Part shown: positions 10,391 to 20,657 of the stretch, piece after piece
Layout of the letters: each line of letters starts with the position of its first letter
Position numbering within the stretch: position 1 is the stretch's first letter
Assembly (NCBI GenBank): GCA_963706955.1
Contig: CAVPOC010000012.1
Coordinates: 19,081-83,080, forward strand
Length of the DNA stretch: 64,000 bases
Direction of reading: 5' to 3'
Source: an uncultured Verrucomicrobiae bacterium
GTDB taxonomy: Bacteria > Verrucomicrobiota > Verrucomicrobiia > Chthoniobacterales > Terrimicrobiaceae
Program-made: the position numbers and the translations under genes
The notes under the pieces: generated by a model
What the model was told of the DNA's origin: nothing
Databases searched by the model: none
Seen by the model: only the letters and a program-made list of their open reading frames with translations

Positions 10391-10729
10391 CTACCCGGGC
10401 GGCCACTTCATTTGGCGCCCACCGAGCACATGAACGTGAAGATGCGGCACGCTCTCGCCCGCATGCCAGCCCTGGTTCACAATGACGCGATACCCATTTT
10501 CCGCGATACCCTCCCGCTTAGCCACCTCTGCCGCCGTCAGCAGCAAGTGACCCAATAGAGTTTCATCGGCCTCGGTCGCCTCACCGAGCCGCGGAATAAC
10601 TTTTTTGGGGATGACGAGAACGTGAATCGGGGCTTGCGGGTTGATATCCCGAATCGCCACGCACCGGTCATCCTCGTGAATGATCTGCGCCGGAACCTCT
10701 CGGTTAACGATTTTTTCAAACAGGGTCAT
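10391..10729 (-). CDS. hinT: Histidine triad (HIT) nucleotide-binding protein
   Basis: DINPQAPIHVLVIPK, VPHLHVHVLGGR, WPPG C-terminus. Confidence 0.93.
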   Translation of the reverse strand: MTLFEKIVNREVPAQIIHEDDRCVAIRDINPQAPIHVLVIPKKVIPRLGEATEADETLLGHLLLTAAEVAKREGIAENGYRVIVNQGWHAGESVPHLHVHVLGGRQMKWPPG

Positions 10730-11283
10730 GACAATTGCATCTGCAACTCCGCGCCCGGTGAAGAGTCCACTTCGTTGCGCACGAAGTTGACGACTTCTTC
10801 AAGAAGCCCGGAGCAATCCCGGCGCCAGTTTTTGGCGGATCTCAGGAGCTTAATTCCGGAATGGGCATCACAAATTTCCAAGCGCTCGACCTTGGCCTCG
10901 AGAGCTTCGCGAAGACGCGAACGAAGAAGATCAAAGAAGGCGAGTTCGTAGCCGCAGCCGGCGGCCCGCGCAAGGTCGACCAGTGAGATCCGCGTCGGAG
11001 GAGGAACAGCGCAAAAGTGACCGGCGACGTCCGCATAGCCGATGACTTGAAGAACTGATTGCACCGCCTTTTCGAGACGTCCGATCGCGACAATACTTTC
11101 GGGGAAATCTTGTTCGAGATAGCTGGTGACACTTTCGGTTACATGAGGGGCTAGCCACCACTTCTTGTATCCGGCGCGCTCCGCGGCGCGGGCCAGCGTT
11201 CCGGCAAGCCAGCCACGCTCGAATTGAATTACTTGGCCATCGCTAAACCGGACGAGGGGCAAGTTATTCGGAAGGCTGATCAT
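10726..11283 (-). CDS. Hypothetical protein with degenerate ATP-cone-like N-terminal domain
   Basis: ATGA-coupled to nrdR and hinT; LVRFSDG..FERGWL..LARAA..VTESV..RLEKAVQSVL..VAGHF resembles ATP-cone spacing. Confidence 0.6.
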   Translation of the reverse strand: MISLPNNLPLVRFSDGQVIQFERGWLAGTLARAAERAGYKKWWLAPHVTESVTSYLEQDFPESIVAIGRLEKAVQSVLQVIGYADVAGHFCAVPPPTRISLVDLARAAGCGYELAFFDLLRSRLREALEAKVERLEICDAHSGIKLLRSAKNWRRDCSGLLEEVVNFVRNEVDSSPGAELQMQLS

Positions 11284-11774
11284 GCCTGGAAGAGTTCGGG
11301 TTGCGCAGAAGAGCGTGACGAGCGCTTTTCCTGATAGGTCTGGATTTCCTCGATGAAATCTCCAATCTCCTGAAATTGCCGGTAGACCGAAGCATAGCGA
11401 ACATAGGCGATGGGATCGATGGCGTGCAGCTTCTCCATGACCATAGCCCCGATCAAGCGCGTGGGGATTTCGCGCTTCTGTTGCGACTCGAGCTCGTGCA
11501 ATAGCTCCTCAACCGCTCGCTCAATTTGTTCCATCCCGATGGGCCGCTTTTCACAAGCCTTGACCAGACTGGTGAGAAGCTTGTGCCGGTCTAAGGGCTC
11601 GTGTCGGCCGTCGCGCTTAATCGCACGCAACTCGACCCGTTCAATTTCTTCGTAGGTTGTGTAGCGCGTCTCGCAGGCGAGGCACTCCCGCCGTCGACGA
11701 ATACTATCGCCGTCTCTCGATAGACGGGAGTCAATCACCTTATCTTGAAGGGAACCGCACTTAGGGCAACGCAT
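11280..11774 (-). CDS. nrdR: Transcriptional repressor NrdR
   Basis: MRCPKC..KVIDSR..IRRRREC..C..RYTTYE, KRDG, AYVRYASVYRQF. Confidence 0.97.
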   Translation of the reverse strand: MRCPKCGSLQDKVIDSRLSRDGDSIRRRRECLACETRYTTYEEIERVELRAIKRDGRHEPLDRHKLLTSLVKACEKRPIGMEQIERAVEELLHELESQQKREIPTRLIGAMVMEKLHAIDPIAYVRYASVYRQFQEIGDFIEEIQTYQEKRSSRSSAQPELFQA

Positions 11775-11805
11775 TGTGGTGCCTTAACTCTTGGTTGCGA
11801 ATTCA

Positions 11806-11827
11806 CCACAATATCTTGAGATGTCAA
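11806..11827 (-). promoter_or_regulatory. NrdR box adjoining a TTGACA -35 element upstream of nrdR
   Basis: CCACAATATCTTGAGA (11806-11821) matches acaCwAtATaTwGtgt at 12/16 including all core positions; minus-strand TTGACA at 11827-11822. Confidence 0.7.
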
Positions 11828-11832
11828 CCGGT

Positions 11833-12951
11833 TTATCGATCTTTTCTCGACAAGAGGTCGATGAGTAAACGTTCGATGATTACCGCGTCGGTGAGCGTTC
11901 CGCTAAGGAGTTGCTGGTTTGCCGCCGCGCAGGAGGAAAATCCCTCCCTAAGCTCCTCGAGCGTGTAACGGGAAGCGCCGGTCGCCGCAATTCCCAGAAG
12001 ATATACGCTGAGGGTGCCATCCTTCTTACGGGGAAGATGCGCGGTGTCGGCCGGGGAAAGGCGCTTGAGGGTTCCGGCAAAGAACTGCGGCTGCGAGGGA
12101 GGGGACAAGTGGTGTCTCAAAATAAGATCCTTGACGAGAAGAAGATTGCGCACGGTGGGGACGACGGCGGCGAGAAGGATGGCTATGCCACGTTCGCCTT
12201 GGTGAATCAGCTGTTGGAGAGTTTCCAGCGCCAGCGCAAGGTCTCGTTGCAGAATGGCGTCGCTCAGGTCGAAAATGCCCCCTTCGCGGGTCTGCGGCAC
12301 CAGAAGCCGGATGTCTCCTGAGCTGATCTGGGTGCCGGTTCCGAAGGCCGTCTCCAGCTTCCCGAGTTCACTCTCGAGTTGAAGCGGATTCAGTCCAACG
12401 CGGGCGGCGAGGATATCCACTGCGTCCGGACGCAATTGCACGCCGTGCTCCCGCGCCCGCACAGCCGTCCATTCCGCAATCGCCTCCTCGTCTCCCCGAA
12501 ATCCAAGGTTGGGAAGATCATAGACCGCCGTGGTCGCGAGTTTCGTTAAGAGCTTGTAGCCGGTTCTGCGCTTGTCGGCCAACGGTGCGCTGAAAAGAAA
12601 GCTAACGCCTTCGGGTAGTCCCGTTTCAACAACCGCGCAGAGTCTTTCAAGCGCACGAGTGACGCTCTCCGAGCGTCCGGCGCCGAGATCAGCCAGGAAC
12701 GAGGCGTTCTTCAGCCAAACCAATTTGGAACCGCCGAGAAATGGGAGGGTGAGCAACGCCTGGCTGGCTTGCTGGAGCGCGCTAATCGCCGCCTCGGCGT
12801 TGTCGGCGGCGCCGTCGATCATCTCGAGACCGAATACGTCTGCATCCGGCGCCAGCTCTTTTGCGAGCTCGATGGACGCCTTCCTTACGGCCGCCTCATC
12901 GGATCCAGTAACGAAGTGGACTTCAGAAGCTCTCGTCTTCGCCGAAACCAT
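11833..12951 (-). CDS. holA: DNA polymerase III delta subunit
   Basis: FVTGSD, LLTLPFLGGSKLVWLK, LESELGKL, IFDLSDAI. Confidence 0.88.
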   Translation of the reverse strand: MVSAKTRASEVHFVTGSDEAAVRKASIELAKELAPDADVFGLEMIDGAADNAEAAISALQQASQALLTLPFLGGSKLVWLKNASFLADLGAGRSESVTRALERLCAVVETGLPEGVSFLFSAPLADKRRTGYKLLTKLATTAVYDLPNLGFRGDEEAIAEWTAVRAREHGVQLRPDAVDILAARVGLNPLQLESELGKLETAFGTGTQISSGDIRLLVPQTREGGIFDLSDAILQRDLALALETLQQLIHQGERGIAILLAAVVPTVRNLLLVKDLILRHHLSPPSQPQFFAGTLKRLSPADTAHLPRKKDGTLSVYLLGIAATGASRYTLEELREGFSSCAAANQQLLSGTLTDAVIIERLLIDLLSRKDR

Positions 12952-15131
12952 CAGACAACCGATCGTTTGCGGCCTCTCCTTCCGCTTGGATACCTACTGG
13001 GAACTCTCCTTGGTTCGACCTTCGCAATCCCTGAACCGCTCTTGAGCTCGGCAATTTGATCACGCAACAAAGCGGCGCGTTCATATTCGAGACCGGCAGC
13101 AGCAGAGGCCATGTCACGCTCCAATTCGCGGATGAGTTCGTTGAGATCGAAGTCTGCCGGAGACTCATTGACGATGCCTTGCTCCACTTCGCGGGCCTTC
13201 AAGATCACATGCAAACTTTCCTGGACGGCACGTCGAACACTCTTGGGGGTGATGCCGTGTTCCTCATTGTACGCCAGTTGGCGTCCCCGCCGGTAGTCAC
13301 TCACATCGAGCAGCTTTTGCATGCTGCCGGTCACCTGGTCCGCAAATAGAACGACCTCTCCGTTGACGTGCCGCGCAGCTCGTCCCGCCGTCTGGATCAG
13401 GGAAGTCTGCGAGCGCAGGTAGCCCTCCTTGTCAGCGTCCAGAATGCAAACAAGGCTAACCTCTGGCAGGTCCAAACCTTCACGAAGCAGGTTAATTCCT
13501 ACCAACACGTCGCACTCTCCGGAGCGCAGACCACGTAGGATTTCGACTCGTTCGATTGTATCAATGTCGCTGTGAAGGTAGCGGACTTTCAGGCCGATGT
13601 CGCGCAGGTAATCCGCCAGGTCCTCGGCGGTCCGCTTCGTCAAGGTGGTCACGAGAACTCGCTCGCCTTTCTCGATGCGCTGTCGACACAATTCGATCGT
13701 GTCGTCGATCTGATTTTTCAGTCCTCGAACAGTGATTTTCGGATCGAGAAGCCCGGTCGGGCGAATGATCTGCTCAACCACAAGAGGAACGCCAGGAGTT
13801 AATGGGTCGAATTCGCGGGCAACCTCCGGTTTTTGATTTTGGCCCGTAACGTCAGAGAAGCTAGCCCACCCTCGCTCGCGGAGCTGGTCACCAGGAGTGG
13901 CGATATAGCTTCGGTTACCGACAACACTGTTCCGAAGCTCGAATTCGCCGGGCGTAGCACTGACGTAGACTAACTGGCGCGTCATCGTCATGAATTCCTC
14001 GAAGTTTAGCGGTCGATTGTCGAGCGCGCTGGGGAGCCGGAAACCGTAGTTGACGAGCACTGTCTTCCGCGAGCGATCTCCCGCAAACATGCCACCGATC
14101 TGTGGAACGGTGGCATGAGACTCATCGATCACGAGAAGGAAATCTTCGGGCAGAAAGTCCATCAGGGTGTAGGGTCGCGAGCCGGGAGGGCGTCCACTGA
14201 GGTGGCGCGAATAGTTCTCGATGCCATTGCAGAATCCCATTTCCTGCATCATCTCCAAATCAAACTCTGTGCGTTGTTTAAGCCTCTGCGCCTCGACCAG
14301 TTTGTTCTCGCGCTCCAGCAAGGTAATTCGCTCATCAAGTTCATGACGTATTGCCCGCACCGCCCGCTGGAGCTTGTCGTAAGGAGTTACGAACTGCTTG
14401 GCAGGGTAGATCGTTAGAGTAGTAAGTGTCGACGTAGCCCGCCCGGTCAGCGGATCGAATTGGCTAATGCGTTCGATCTCATCACCGAAAAATTCAACGC
14501 GAATGGCTTCTTCGTCCACCTGTGCCTGGTGCACCTCAACGACGTCGCCGCGAACGCGAAACTTCCCTCGACCGAACGCGATATCGTTGCGCTCATAAAG
14601 CATGTCCACGAGCTTCGCCAGAAAGGTCTCGCGACTCATCGTCTGTCCCTGCTTGATGGTGACGAGCATTTGCAAGAAATCCTCGGGCGAGGCCAGCCCA
14701 TAGATGCAGGACACGCTTGCCACAACGATCGTATCGCGCCGCGAGAGCAGCGAGCTAACAGCCGACAGTCGAAGCCGCTCAATCTCTTCATTGATTGAAG
14801 AATCCTTTTCGATGTAGGTATCGGTCCGCGGGATGTAGGCTTCCGGCTGATAATAATCGAAATAACTGACAAAATATTCGACGGCATTGTGCGGGAAGAA
14901 CTGCCTGAACTCGCTGTAGAGCTGGGCCGCCAGCGTCTTGTTGTGAGACATCACCAAAGTTGGCCGATCGAGTTCCTGGATGACATTTGCGATGGTGAAG
15001 GTCTTGCCTGAGCCGGTAACGCCCAGCAAGGTTTGGTGGCGGTTTCCTGCCACCAGCGAACGGATCAATTTGCTGATGGCTTGTTCCTGATCACCACGGG
15101 GCTCATAGCTGGCCGCCAATTCGAAAGACAT
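12951..15131 (-). CDS. uvrB: Excinuclease ABC subunit B
   Basis: [47 protein letters not shown]-terminal UVR motif; start taken at ATG 15131. Confidence 0.98.
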   Translation of the reverse strand: MSFELAASYEPRGDQEQAISKLIRSLVAGNRHQTLLGVTGSGKTFTIANVIQELDRPTLVMSHNKTLAAQLYSEFRQFFPHNAVEYFVSYFDYYQPEAYIPRTDTYIEKDSSINEEIERLRLSAVSSLLSRRDTIVVASVSCIYGLASPEDFLQMLVTIKQGQTMSRETFLAKLVDMLYERNDIAFGRGKFRVRGDVVEVHQAQVDEEAIRVEFFGDEIERISQFDPLTGRATSTLTTLTIYPAKQFVTPYDKLQRAVRAIRHELDERITLLERENKLVEAQRLKQRTEFDLEMMQEMGFCNGIENYSRHLSGRPPGSRPYTLMDFLPEDFLLVIDESHATVPQIGGMFAGDRSRKTVLVNYGFRLPSALDNRPLNFEEFMTMTRQLVYVSATPGEFELRNSVVGNRSYIATPGDQLRERGWASFSDVTGQNQKPEVAREFDPLTPGVPLVVEQIIRPTGLLDPKITVRGLKNQIDDTIELCRQRIEKGERVLVTTLTKRTAEDLADYLRDIGLKVRYLHSDIDTIERVEILRGLRSGECDVLVGINLLREGLDLPEVSLVCILDADKEGYLRSQTSLIQTAGRAARHVNGEVVLFADQVTGSMQKLLDVSDYRRGRQLAYNEEHGITPKSVRRAVQESLHVILKAREVEQGIVNESPADFDLNELIRELERDMASAAAGLEYERAALLRDQIAELKSGSGIAKVEPRRVPSRYPSGRRGRKRSVV

Positions 15132-15284
15132 AACCCAACAATTTACTGGGGAACGGAGCTCGCCGCAAGCGATCGGCTGCGGATGGTCACTCCGGCACGT
15201 TGCCTTCAGCTCCGCAGCTGGCGATTGCAATAAGAAGTTGCCGTGCGACCATGAGTCTGTGAAATACTTTGTGGCAGGCCCATT

Positions 15285-16418
15285 ATGAATCCGCGTCTGA
15301 TCTCGAGAGACTTGCAGCCACTCCTACGCAAGGTCGAGAGTGGGCTTCGCATCTCCGAAGAGGACGCAAACCTCCTTTATAACAGCACCGACATTAATGG
15401 CATTGGGGCGATCGCAAACATCGTCCGTGAGCGGAAGAATGGGAACGTTGCGACCTATATTCACAATCGCTACGTCAACTATTCCAACGTCTGCCTCCTC
15501 TCCTGCCAATTCTGTGCCTTCGGTGCCAAGAAGCGCGAAGCGCATGCATTCGAGATGGCAATCCCCGAGATCGTCCAGATCGTTCGTGACGCTTTGAACC
15601 TTGGTATTACCGAGATTCATATGGTCGGGGGACTCCACCCGACTCTGAAAGGGGATTGGTATCTTGAGTTATTACGCAGCCTTCACGGACTCGACGAGCA
15701 GTTGATCATCAAAGCGTTCACCGCCATCGAGATTAGACACCTCGCCGAGCGCGTCTTCAAACTTCCCCTCCGTGCTACCCTTGAGCTTCTCCGGGAGAAC
15801 GGACTGGGTGCGATTACCGGCGGCGGCGCCGAGATCTTTGATCCGGAGATTCGCGATAAGATCTGCCGGGGCAAGGAAAGCGCCGAAGAATGGCTTGAAG
15901 TGCACAGAACCTGGCACCAAATGGGGGGCCACAGCACTTGTACCATGCTCTACGGTCACATCGAAACTGCCTCTCACCGGATCGATCATCTGAGACGCCT
16001 GCGCGAACTTCAGGACGAGACCGGTGGCTTTACCGGATTTATTCCCTTTGCTTTTGAGCCTGAAGGTGCTCGCCCTGTCCTGCACGGAATCGCCCATGCC
16101 ACCGCATTCGAAGAATTGCGCAACCTGGCGATCAGCCGACTTTTCCTCGATAACATTCCTCACATCACCGCTTATTGGATCAGTCTTGGACTCCCTCTCG
16201 CGCAACTTTCCCTCAGTTACGGAGTTGATGACCTTCATGGCACCATCATCGAAGAGAAGATCTTCCACATGGCAGGAGCACGAACACCACAGCAGCAAAC
16301 GGTAGAGGCTCTTGAGAAGGCCATCCGTGAGGCAGGTCGCATCCCGATGCAACGGAACAGCTTCTACGAGCGCATATCCAATACCATGCCGCGGGCCCCG
16401 CACCTGGCGGCGGCGTGA
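15285..16418 (+). CDS. mqnE: Aminofutalosine synthase (radical SAM)
   Basis: [49 protein letters not shown]; coupled to mqnA. Confidence 0.9.
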   Translation: MNPRLISRDLQPLLRKVESGLRISEEDANLLYNSTDINGIGAIANIVRERKNGNVATYIHNRYVNYSNVCLLSCQFCAFGAKKREAHAFEMAIPEIVQIVRDALNLGITEIHMVGGLHPTLKGDWYLELLRSLHGLDEQLIIKAFTAIEIRHLAERVFKLPLRATLELLRENGLGAITGGGAEIFDPEIRDKICRGKESAEEWLEVHRTWHQMGGHSTCTMLYGHIETASHRIDHLRRLRELQDETGGFTGFIPFAFEPEGARPVLHGIAHATAFEELRNLAISRLFLDNIPHITAYWISLGLPLAQLSLSYGVDDLHGTIIEEKIFHMAGARTPQQQTVEALEKAIREAGRIPMQRNSFYERISNTMPRAPHLAAA

Positions 16419-17191
16419 GTCCAGCTGTCTTCGCTCTTTCCGGTCTGCGAATCGGTCCGGTTTCCTATCTCAACGCCAAACCGTTGATCTGGGGCCTCAA
16501 TTCGAGTCTCCTTCGAACGGATATTCCAGCGGTCTTGTCGGAGCAGTTTTTCGCGGCAAAATTGGATATCGCCCTGCTGCCGGTTGTTGACGTCCTTCGA
16601 GCGGGCGCGGCATCGATTGTCGATAATGTTGGTATCGCCTGCGATGGCGAGGTCTTCAGCGTGGTGGTCGCCAGCCGGACAAGCTTCTTGGAGACGCGCA
16701 AGATTCACCTCGATCCTGCTTCCCGCAGCTCGACAGCGCTCCTGCGGGTTTTGCTTGCTGAGTTTTATCCCGGAGGTCCGCAAATCGCGGAAGGCGAGGA
16801 GATGCCTCACGAAGGAGCGCGACTCCTGATCGGTGACTCGGCCATCGCGTTCCGTCGATCTAAGGGATCAACCTGGCACTATCACGACCTGGGATGGCTT
16901 TGGAAAGTTCATACCGGACTTCCCTTCGTTTTCGCCGTCTGGGCGGTGGCCAGTGGTGCCAGTTCTTTGGTTTTCGACGCGCTCCGCGACGTCAAAGCGG
17001 CCGGGCTCGCGGCACGCAGAGAGATCGCTGCGCGGGAACCCGATCCAGAGTTCGCCTATGCCTATCTGACAAAGCATATCCGCTACGACATCGGCAGCGA
17101 CGAGAAGGCGGGTCTTCGACACTTTGAGGGGCTGGCGAAGCGTCACGGCATTCTTCCCGAGACCTCTGCAGCCAGACTCGATTTCCGTTGA
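16415..17191 (+). CDS. mqnA: Chorismate dehydratase (futalosine pathway)
   Basis: VSYLNAKPLIWGL, IACDGEVFSV, SRSS, LLIGDSAI, DLG..W...TGLPFVFAVW. Confidence 0.9.
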   Translation: MSPAVFALSGLRIGPVSYLNAKPLIWGLNSSLLRTDIPAVLSEQFFAAKLDIALLPVVDVLRAGAASIVDNVGIACDGEVFSVVVASRTSFLETRKIHLDPASRSSTALLRVLLAEFYPGGPQIAEGEEMPHEGARLLIGDSAIAFRRSKGSTWHYHDLGWLWKVHTGLPFVFAVWAVASGASSLVFDALRDVKAAGLAARREIAAREPDPEFAYAYLTKHIRYDIGSDEKAGLRHFEGLAKRHGILPETSAARLDFR

Positions 17192-17200
17192 GGCGATCTT

Positions 17201-17611
17201 TCAATCCGAGCGCGACGGCGACGCGTTCGGGGCAAAACGGGGTAGATATTGTTCGCGAAAGAACTCAGCATTCCACGGCTTCTCCGACAGAATGGATCTG
17301 CGGGAAGGAGGCACGACATAGGCAAGAGCAAGCCTCTCTCCTTCCGGGCAGAGCACGGACACCTCTTCAAGCTCGTAAAAATCATCCTCAAACGCGGTAA
17401 GACGCTCCCACTCGAGCTCGCTGATGTTCGAGTAAAGGATTCCTTCTACTTTCCCGCCGCCACTCTCCCTGATCAGGGCAGGAAACAACTCGCCAAGAAC
17501 CTCGAGGCACCGATAGCCGTTGATTGCCGCGGGACAACACGCGGGAACACGCCCGAGAACCGATCTGATCACCGGCGCGAACATCAGTGTGCCGTAAGCA
17601 AATAGCGGCAT
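17201..17611 (-). CDS. Gamma-glutamylcyclotransferase (AIG2-like)
   Basis: LFAYGTLM, FPALI, VEGILY, LTAFEDDFY. Confidence 0.85.
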   Translation of the reverse strand: MPLFAYGTLMFAPVIRSVLGRVPACCPAAINGYRCLEVLGELFPALIRESGGGKVEGILYSNISELEWERLTAFEDDFYELEEVSVLCPEGERLALAYVVPPSRRSILSEKPWNAEFFREQYLPRFAPNASPSRSD

Positions 17612-17642
17612 GCTCCCGAGAGATTGTCCGGTCACACCAATC

Positions 17643-18728
17643 TCAGATGAACGCTTCAGCAACCGAATCTGCCAGGAGCCGTCCCTTGGGTGTCAGAAAC
17701 CAGCGACTTTCCCTCAAAACGAGCAGGCCGATCGTGGCGAATTCCTCGGCTTGAGCTTTCGCAACGAGCTCCGAAGCGACCCCGTAGTTCGTGCGTAGGG
17801 AAAAGGCGACGCGTTCTGAGCGGCGCACGCTTTCGGAGAGCCTCTCTTGGAAGTCGACTGGCTCCCGACCCGCGTCGACGGCACTGACGTACTTCGCCGT
17901 GTCGCTGACGTTCTTCCATCGCTTGTGACCCACAGTCGAGAACGCGCTGGGGCCAAGCCCAAGAAAGTCTTCCCCGAGCCAATAGGCAAGATTGTGACGG
18001 CACTCTCGATTCGGCCGCGCGTAGTTAGAGATCTCATACTGCGAGAAGCCGGAGCCTTCCAGCATCTCCATCGCCATCTCGAACAGATCGGCCTCGAGCG
18101 ACTTGTCAGGAACATATTCCGCACGGGTCATGCGTGCGAAGTATTCAGTGTCCTCCTCGTAGGTTAGGCAATACGCCGAAACGTGGTCGGACTCGAGAGC
18201 AAGCGTTTCATCTAAAGTCGCTCGCCACTGTTCGCGATTCTGCCCAGGTATGCCGAACATGAGGTCCAAATTTATGTTGTCGAAGCCAGCCTCGCGAAGG
18301 AGCGCGTAGCTTCTTCTCGCCTGTTGCGATGAGTGAACCCGGCCGAGCGTCGCAAGTAACCCGTCATCCCAGCTCTGCACTCCCATGCTCACGCGATTGA
18401 CGCCCATCCCACGAAGCATCGCCGCTTTCTCAAGTGAAACCGTGGCGGGATTCATTTCCACGGTGAATTCCTTGAGGTCCGAGACGTCGATGCGCTCTCG
18501 CAGACCGCTAATCAGGTAGCGCAATTGTGGGGTCGTAAGTGCTGTCGGAGTGCCGCCGCCAAAGAATATCGTCTTGGGTCTCAGATCAGCGGCGTGGCCC
18601 TCCGCCTCAACCAAGACAGCATCAAGGAAGCTTGCCGTTTTGTGGCGGTCACTCGATTCCTTGTAAAAGCTGCAATATGGGCACACCTTCGGGCAGAACG
18701 GGACGTGGACGTAAAGATGCGCGATCAT
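17643..18728 (-). CDS. hemW: Radical SAM heme chaperone HemW
   Basis: LYVHVPFCPKVCPYCSF, FFGGGTPT, YEISNYA, HNLAYW. Confidence 0.92.
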   Translation of the reverse strand: MIAHLYVHVPFCPKVCPYCSFYKESSDRHKTASFLDAVLVEAEGHAADLRPKTIFFGGGTPTALTTPQLRYLISGLRERIDVSDLKEFTVEMNPATVSLEKAAMLRGMGVNRVSMGVQSWDDGLLATLGRVHSSQQARRSYALLREAGFDNINLDLMFGIPGQNREQWRATLDETLALESDHVSAYCLTYEEDTEYFARMTRAEYVPDKSLEADLFEMAMEMLEGSGFSQYEISNYARPNRECRHNLAYWLGEDFLGLGPSAFSTVGHKRWKNVSDTAKYVSAVDAGREPVDFQERLSESVRRSERVAFSLRTNYGVASELVAKAQAEEFATIGLLVLRESRWFLTPKGRLLADSVAEAFI

Positions 18729-18767
18729 TCGGCTGGATTTTCGAGGCGGATTGACAAAATTCAGAAG

Positions 18768-19817
18768 ATGAAGGCGGTTCTCGGTTTTGCGTTTCTGCTG
18801 GCTGTGAGCCTGCCTGCCACTGCTCAGGATGCGGCCAGAGTCTATTACGCGCTCGATACGAATGCAATCGGCCCCGCTCGATCGATTCAGACACGCGTGG
18901 TGCGAAGGATGGTTGATAGCCTGATTTGCCGGGTCACTGGCACTTATTCTGTCGCGGCAGCTTGGAGGTCGCTCTTAAACCCAAAGGATAGGGTGGGAAT
19001 CAAAGTTTCCGCCTCGGGTAGGTCGGTCAGCGGGACGAACCCGGAGGTCGTCGATGCCATCGTGGAGGGCTTGACCGAGGCGGGAGTCCCCTCGAAAAGC
19101 ATTATCGTTTGGGATAAGAGTATCGACGATCTTCTGGCTGCGGGCTTCAAGAAGGATGGTACGCGCTACCTTCTCCAAGGAATTGATCCGAAGAGCGGCT
19201 ACGATCAGCAAGCCGGAGTGAGTGCTCCTGTTCTCGGGAAGCTTATCTGGGGAGACAGTCGGTTCGGCGATCGTCGCGGGCATCGCTTCGCGGATCTTCT
19301 CTCGAGCGGCGAGCAACTTAGTAGTCAAAGCTACTTTGCCAAAGTCCTCACCACGGACGTCACCAAGGTGATCAACGTCCCGTCCTTGAGTGACAGTTAC
19401 CTTACGGGAATAAATGGTGGCATCGTGAATATGACCCTTCCAAACCTGGACAATTGGCGCCGCTTTGCTAAGGCGGCGGCAGAGGGCGGTTCTTATATCG
19501 CGGAAGTCTATGCCGATCCACTGATCCGAGAAAAGGTGGTGTTAACGCTTCTCGACGCGCTCATCCTGCAATTCGCGGGCGGACCATTTCCGGATCCAAA
19601 CTTCTCGCTTGAAAACTATGCCTTGTTTGCCAGTAAGGACCCGGTCGCGATTGATGTGATCGCTTTGCGGCTCATTGAGGACGCTCGAAAAGCCAGCAAA
19701 ATGCCTTCGATTAAACCAATGACTGCCTACTTGGGAGCCGCTGCCGAACTCGGGCTGGGAGAGGCCGTCGAGTCACGCATTCAAACGATCCGGGTGGGGG
19801 TAGAGGGATTCAGATAG
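18768..19817 (+). CDS. Exported DUF362-like protein
   Basis: Signal peptide from ATG 18768; DRVGIKV, TNPEVVDAIV, KVINVPSL, SKDPVAIDV, AAELGLG. Confidence 0.7.
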   Translation: MKAVLGFAFLLAVSLPATAQDAARVYYALDTNAIGPARSIQTRVVRRMVDSLICRVTGTYSVAAAWRSLLNPKDRVGIKVSASGRSVSGTNPEVVDAIVEGLTEAGVPSKSIIVWDKSIDDLLAAGFKKDGTRYLLQGIDPKSGYDQQAGVSAPVLGKLIWGDSRFGDRRGHRFADLLSSGEQLSSQSYFAKVLTTDVTKVINVPSLSDSYLTGINGGIVNMTLPNLDNWRRFAKAAAEGGSYIAEVYADPLIREKVVLTLLDALILQFAGGPFPDPNFSLENYALFASKDPVAIDVIALRLIEDARKASKMPSIKPMTAYLGAAAELGLGEAVESRIQTIRVGVEGFR

Positions 19818-19827
19818 AGCAGAGCCA

Positions 19828-20631
19828 ATGCCTGCCTCCAACGCTTTTCTTGCACGTGAAACCTCAGCCTCGTTGCGAGCGCCTTCGGTAGACTGGCCGC
19901 TGCTCAAGCGGGTTTCGCGTTCTTTTTATCTGAGCCTTAGGCTTCTGCCCAGACAGGTCCGCGAATCGATAGCGCTCGCTTATCTTCTCGCCAGACTATC
20001 CGATACTTTGGTCGATGGAGCGACCACCGACGCAGAAAGGCAACTCCTGGCGCGACGCCAGGAAATCGAGGCATGGCTTTCCTGTTCGCCGGATCGTCTT
20101 GAGATCGAAAGCGTCTGGTCAACCATTCGCCAGGGTCAGGGGTTCGACCATGAACGCTTCTCGGCCAATTCAGCCCCACTTAGCCCGGAGGAGCTCGATC
20201 GCTATACGTATCTCGTAGCCGGATGCGTCGGCGAATTTTGGACGCTTCTTTGTGAAAAGAAAATACCTGGCTTTGCATCCTTGGAATTCTCCAAATTGCG
20301 CGATTTGGGTATCCGCTTCGGCAAAGGGCTTCAACTCGTCAACATACTGCGCGATCGACACGGCGACGCGCTGATGGGGCGCATCTATGTGCCTCCTGAG
20401 CGGTTCGCGGCCGCCTTGGCGGAGGCTCGCGCGCATCTTGATGCTGCCCGGCAATACGTCGATTCGCTGCGGATTTATCGCTTGCGGGTTGCTTGCACTC
20501 TCCCGCTCTACCTGGGAAACGCCACTCTCGATCTGGTCGAGCGCTATCCGTCAAGGGAGCGCGTGAAGGTCCATCGCCTAAGCGTGTGGCTCCAGTTCCT
20601 GCGAGCTTTGCTGCCCGGAAAGATCAGCTGA
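19828..20631 (+). CDS. Squalene/phytoene synthase family protein
   Basis: VSRSFYLS, YLLARLSDTLVD, YTYLVAGCVGEF, GLQLVNILRD..D..GRIYVP. Confidence 0.88.
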   Translation: MPASNAFLARETSASLRAPSVDWPLLKRVSRSFYLSLRLLPRQVRESIALAYLLARLSDTLVDGATTDAERQLLARRQEIEAWLSCSPDRLEIESVWSTIRQGQGFDHERFSANSAPLSPEELDRYTYLVAGCVGEFWTLLCEKKIPGFASLEFSKLRDLGIRFGKGLQLVNILRDRHGDALMGRIYVPPERFAAALAEARAHLDAARQYVDSLRIYRLRVACTLPLYLGNATLDLVERYPSRERVKVHRLSVWLQFLRALLPGKIS

Positions 20632-20657
20632 AACCAAGAGGCGCCCCTGGGCTGGCA

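Noticed and set aside
13785..13935. Intein in UvrB
   Set aside because: Too short and lacks Cys/Ser start and His-Asn end
15132..15230. UvrB N-terminal extension
   Set aside because: Homology starts at [11 protein letters not shown]
18525..18767. Extension of the DUF362-like ORF
   Set aside because: Overlaps hemW antisense; the signal peptide starts at 18768
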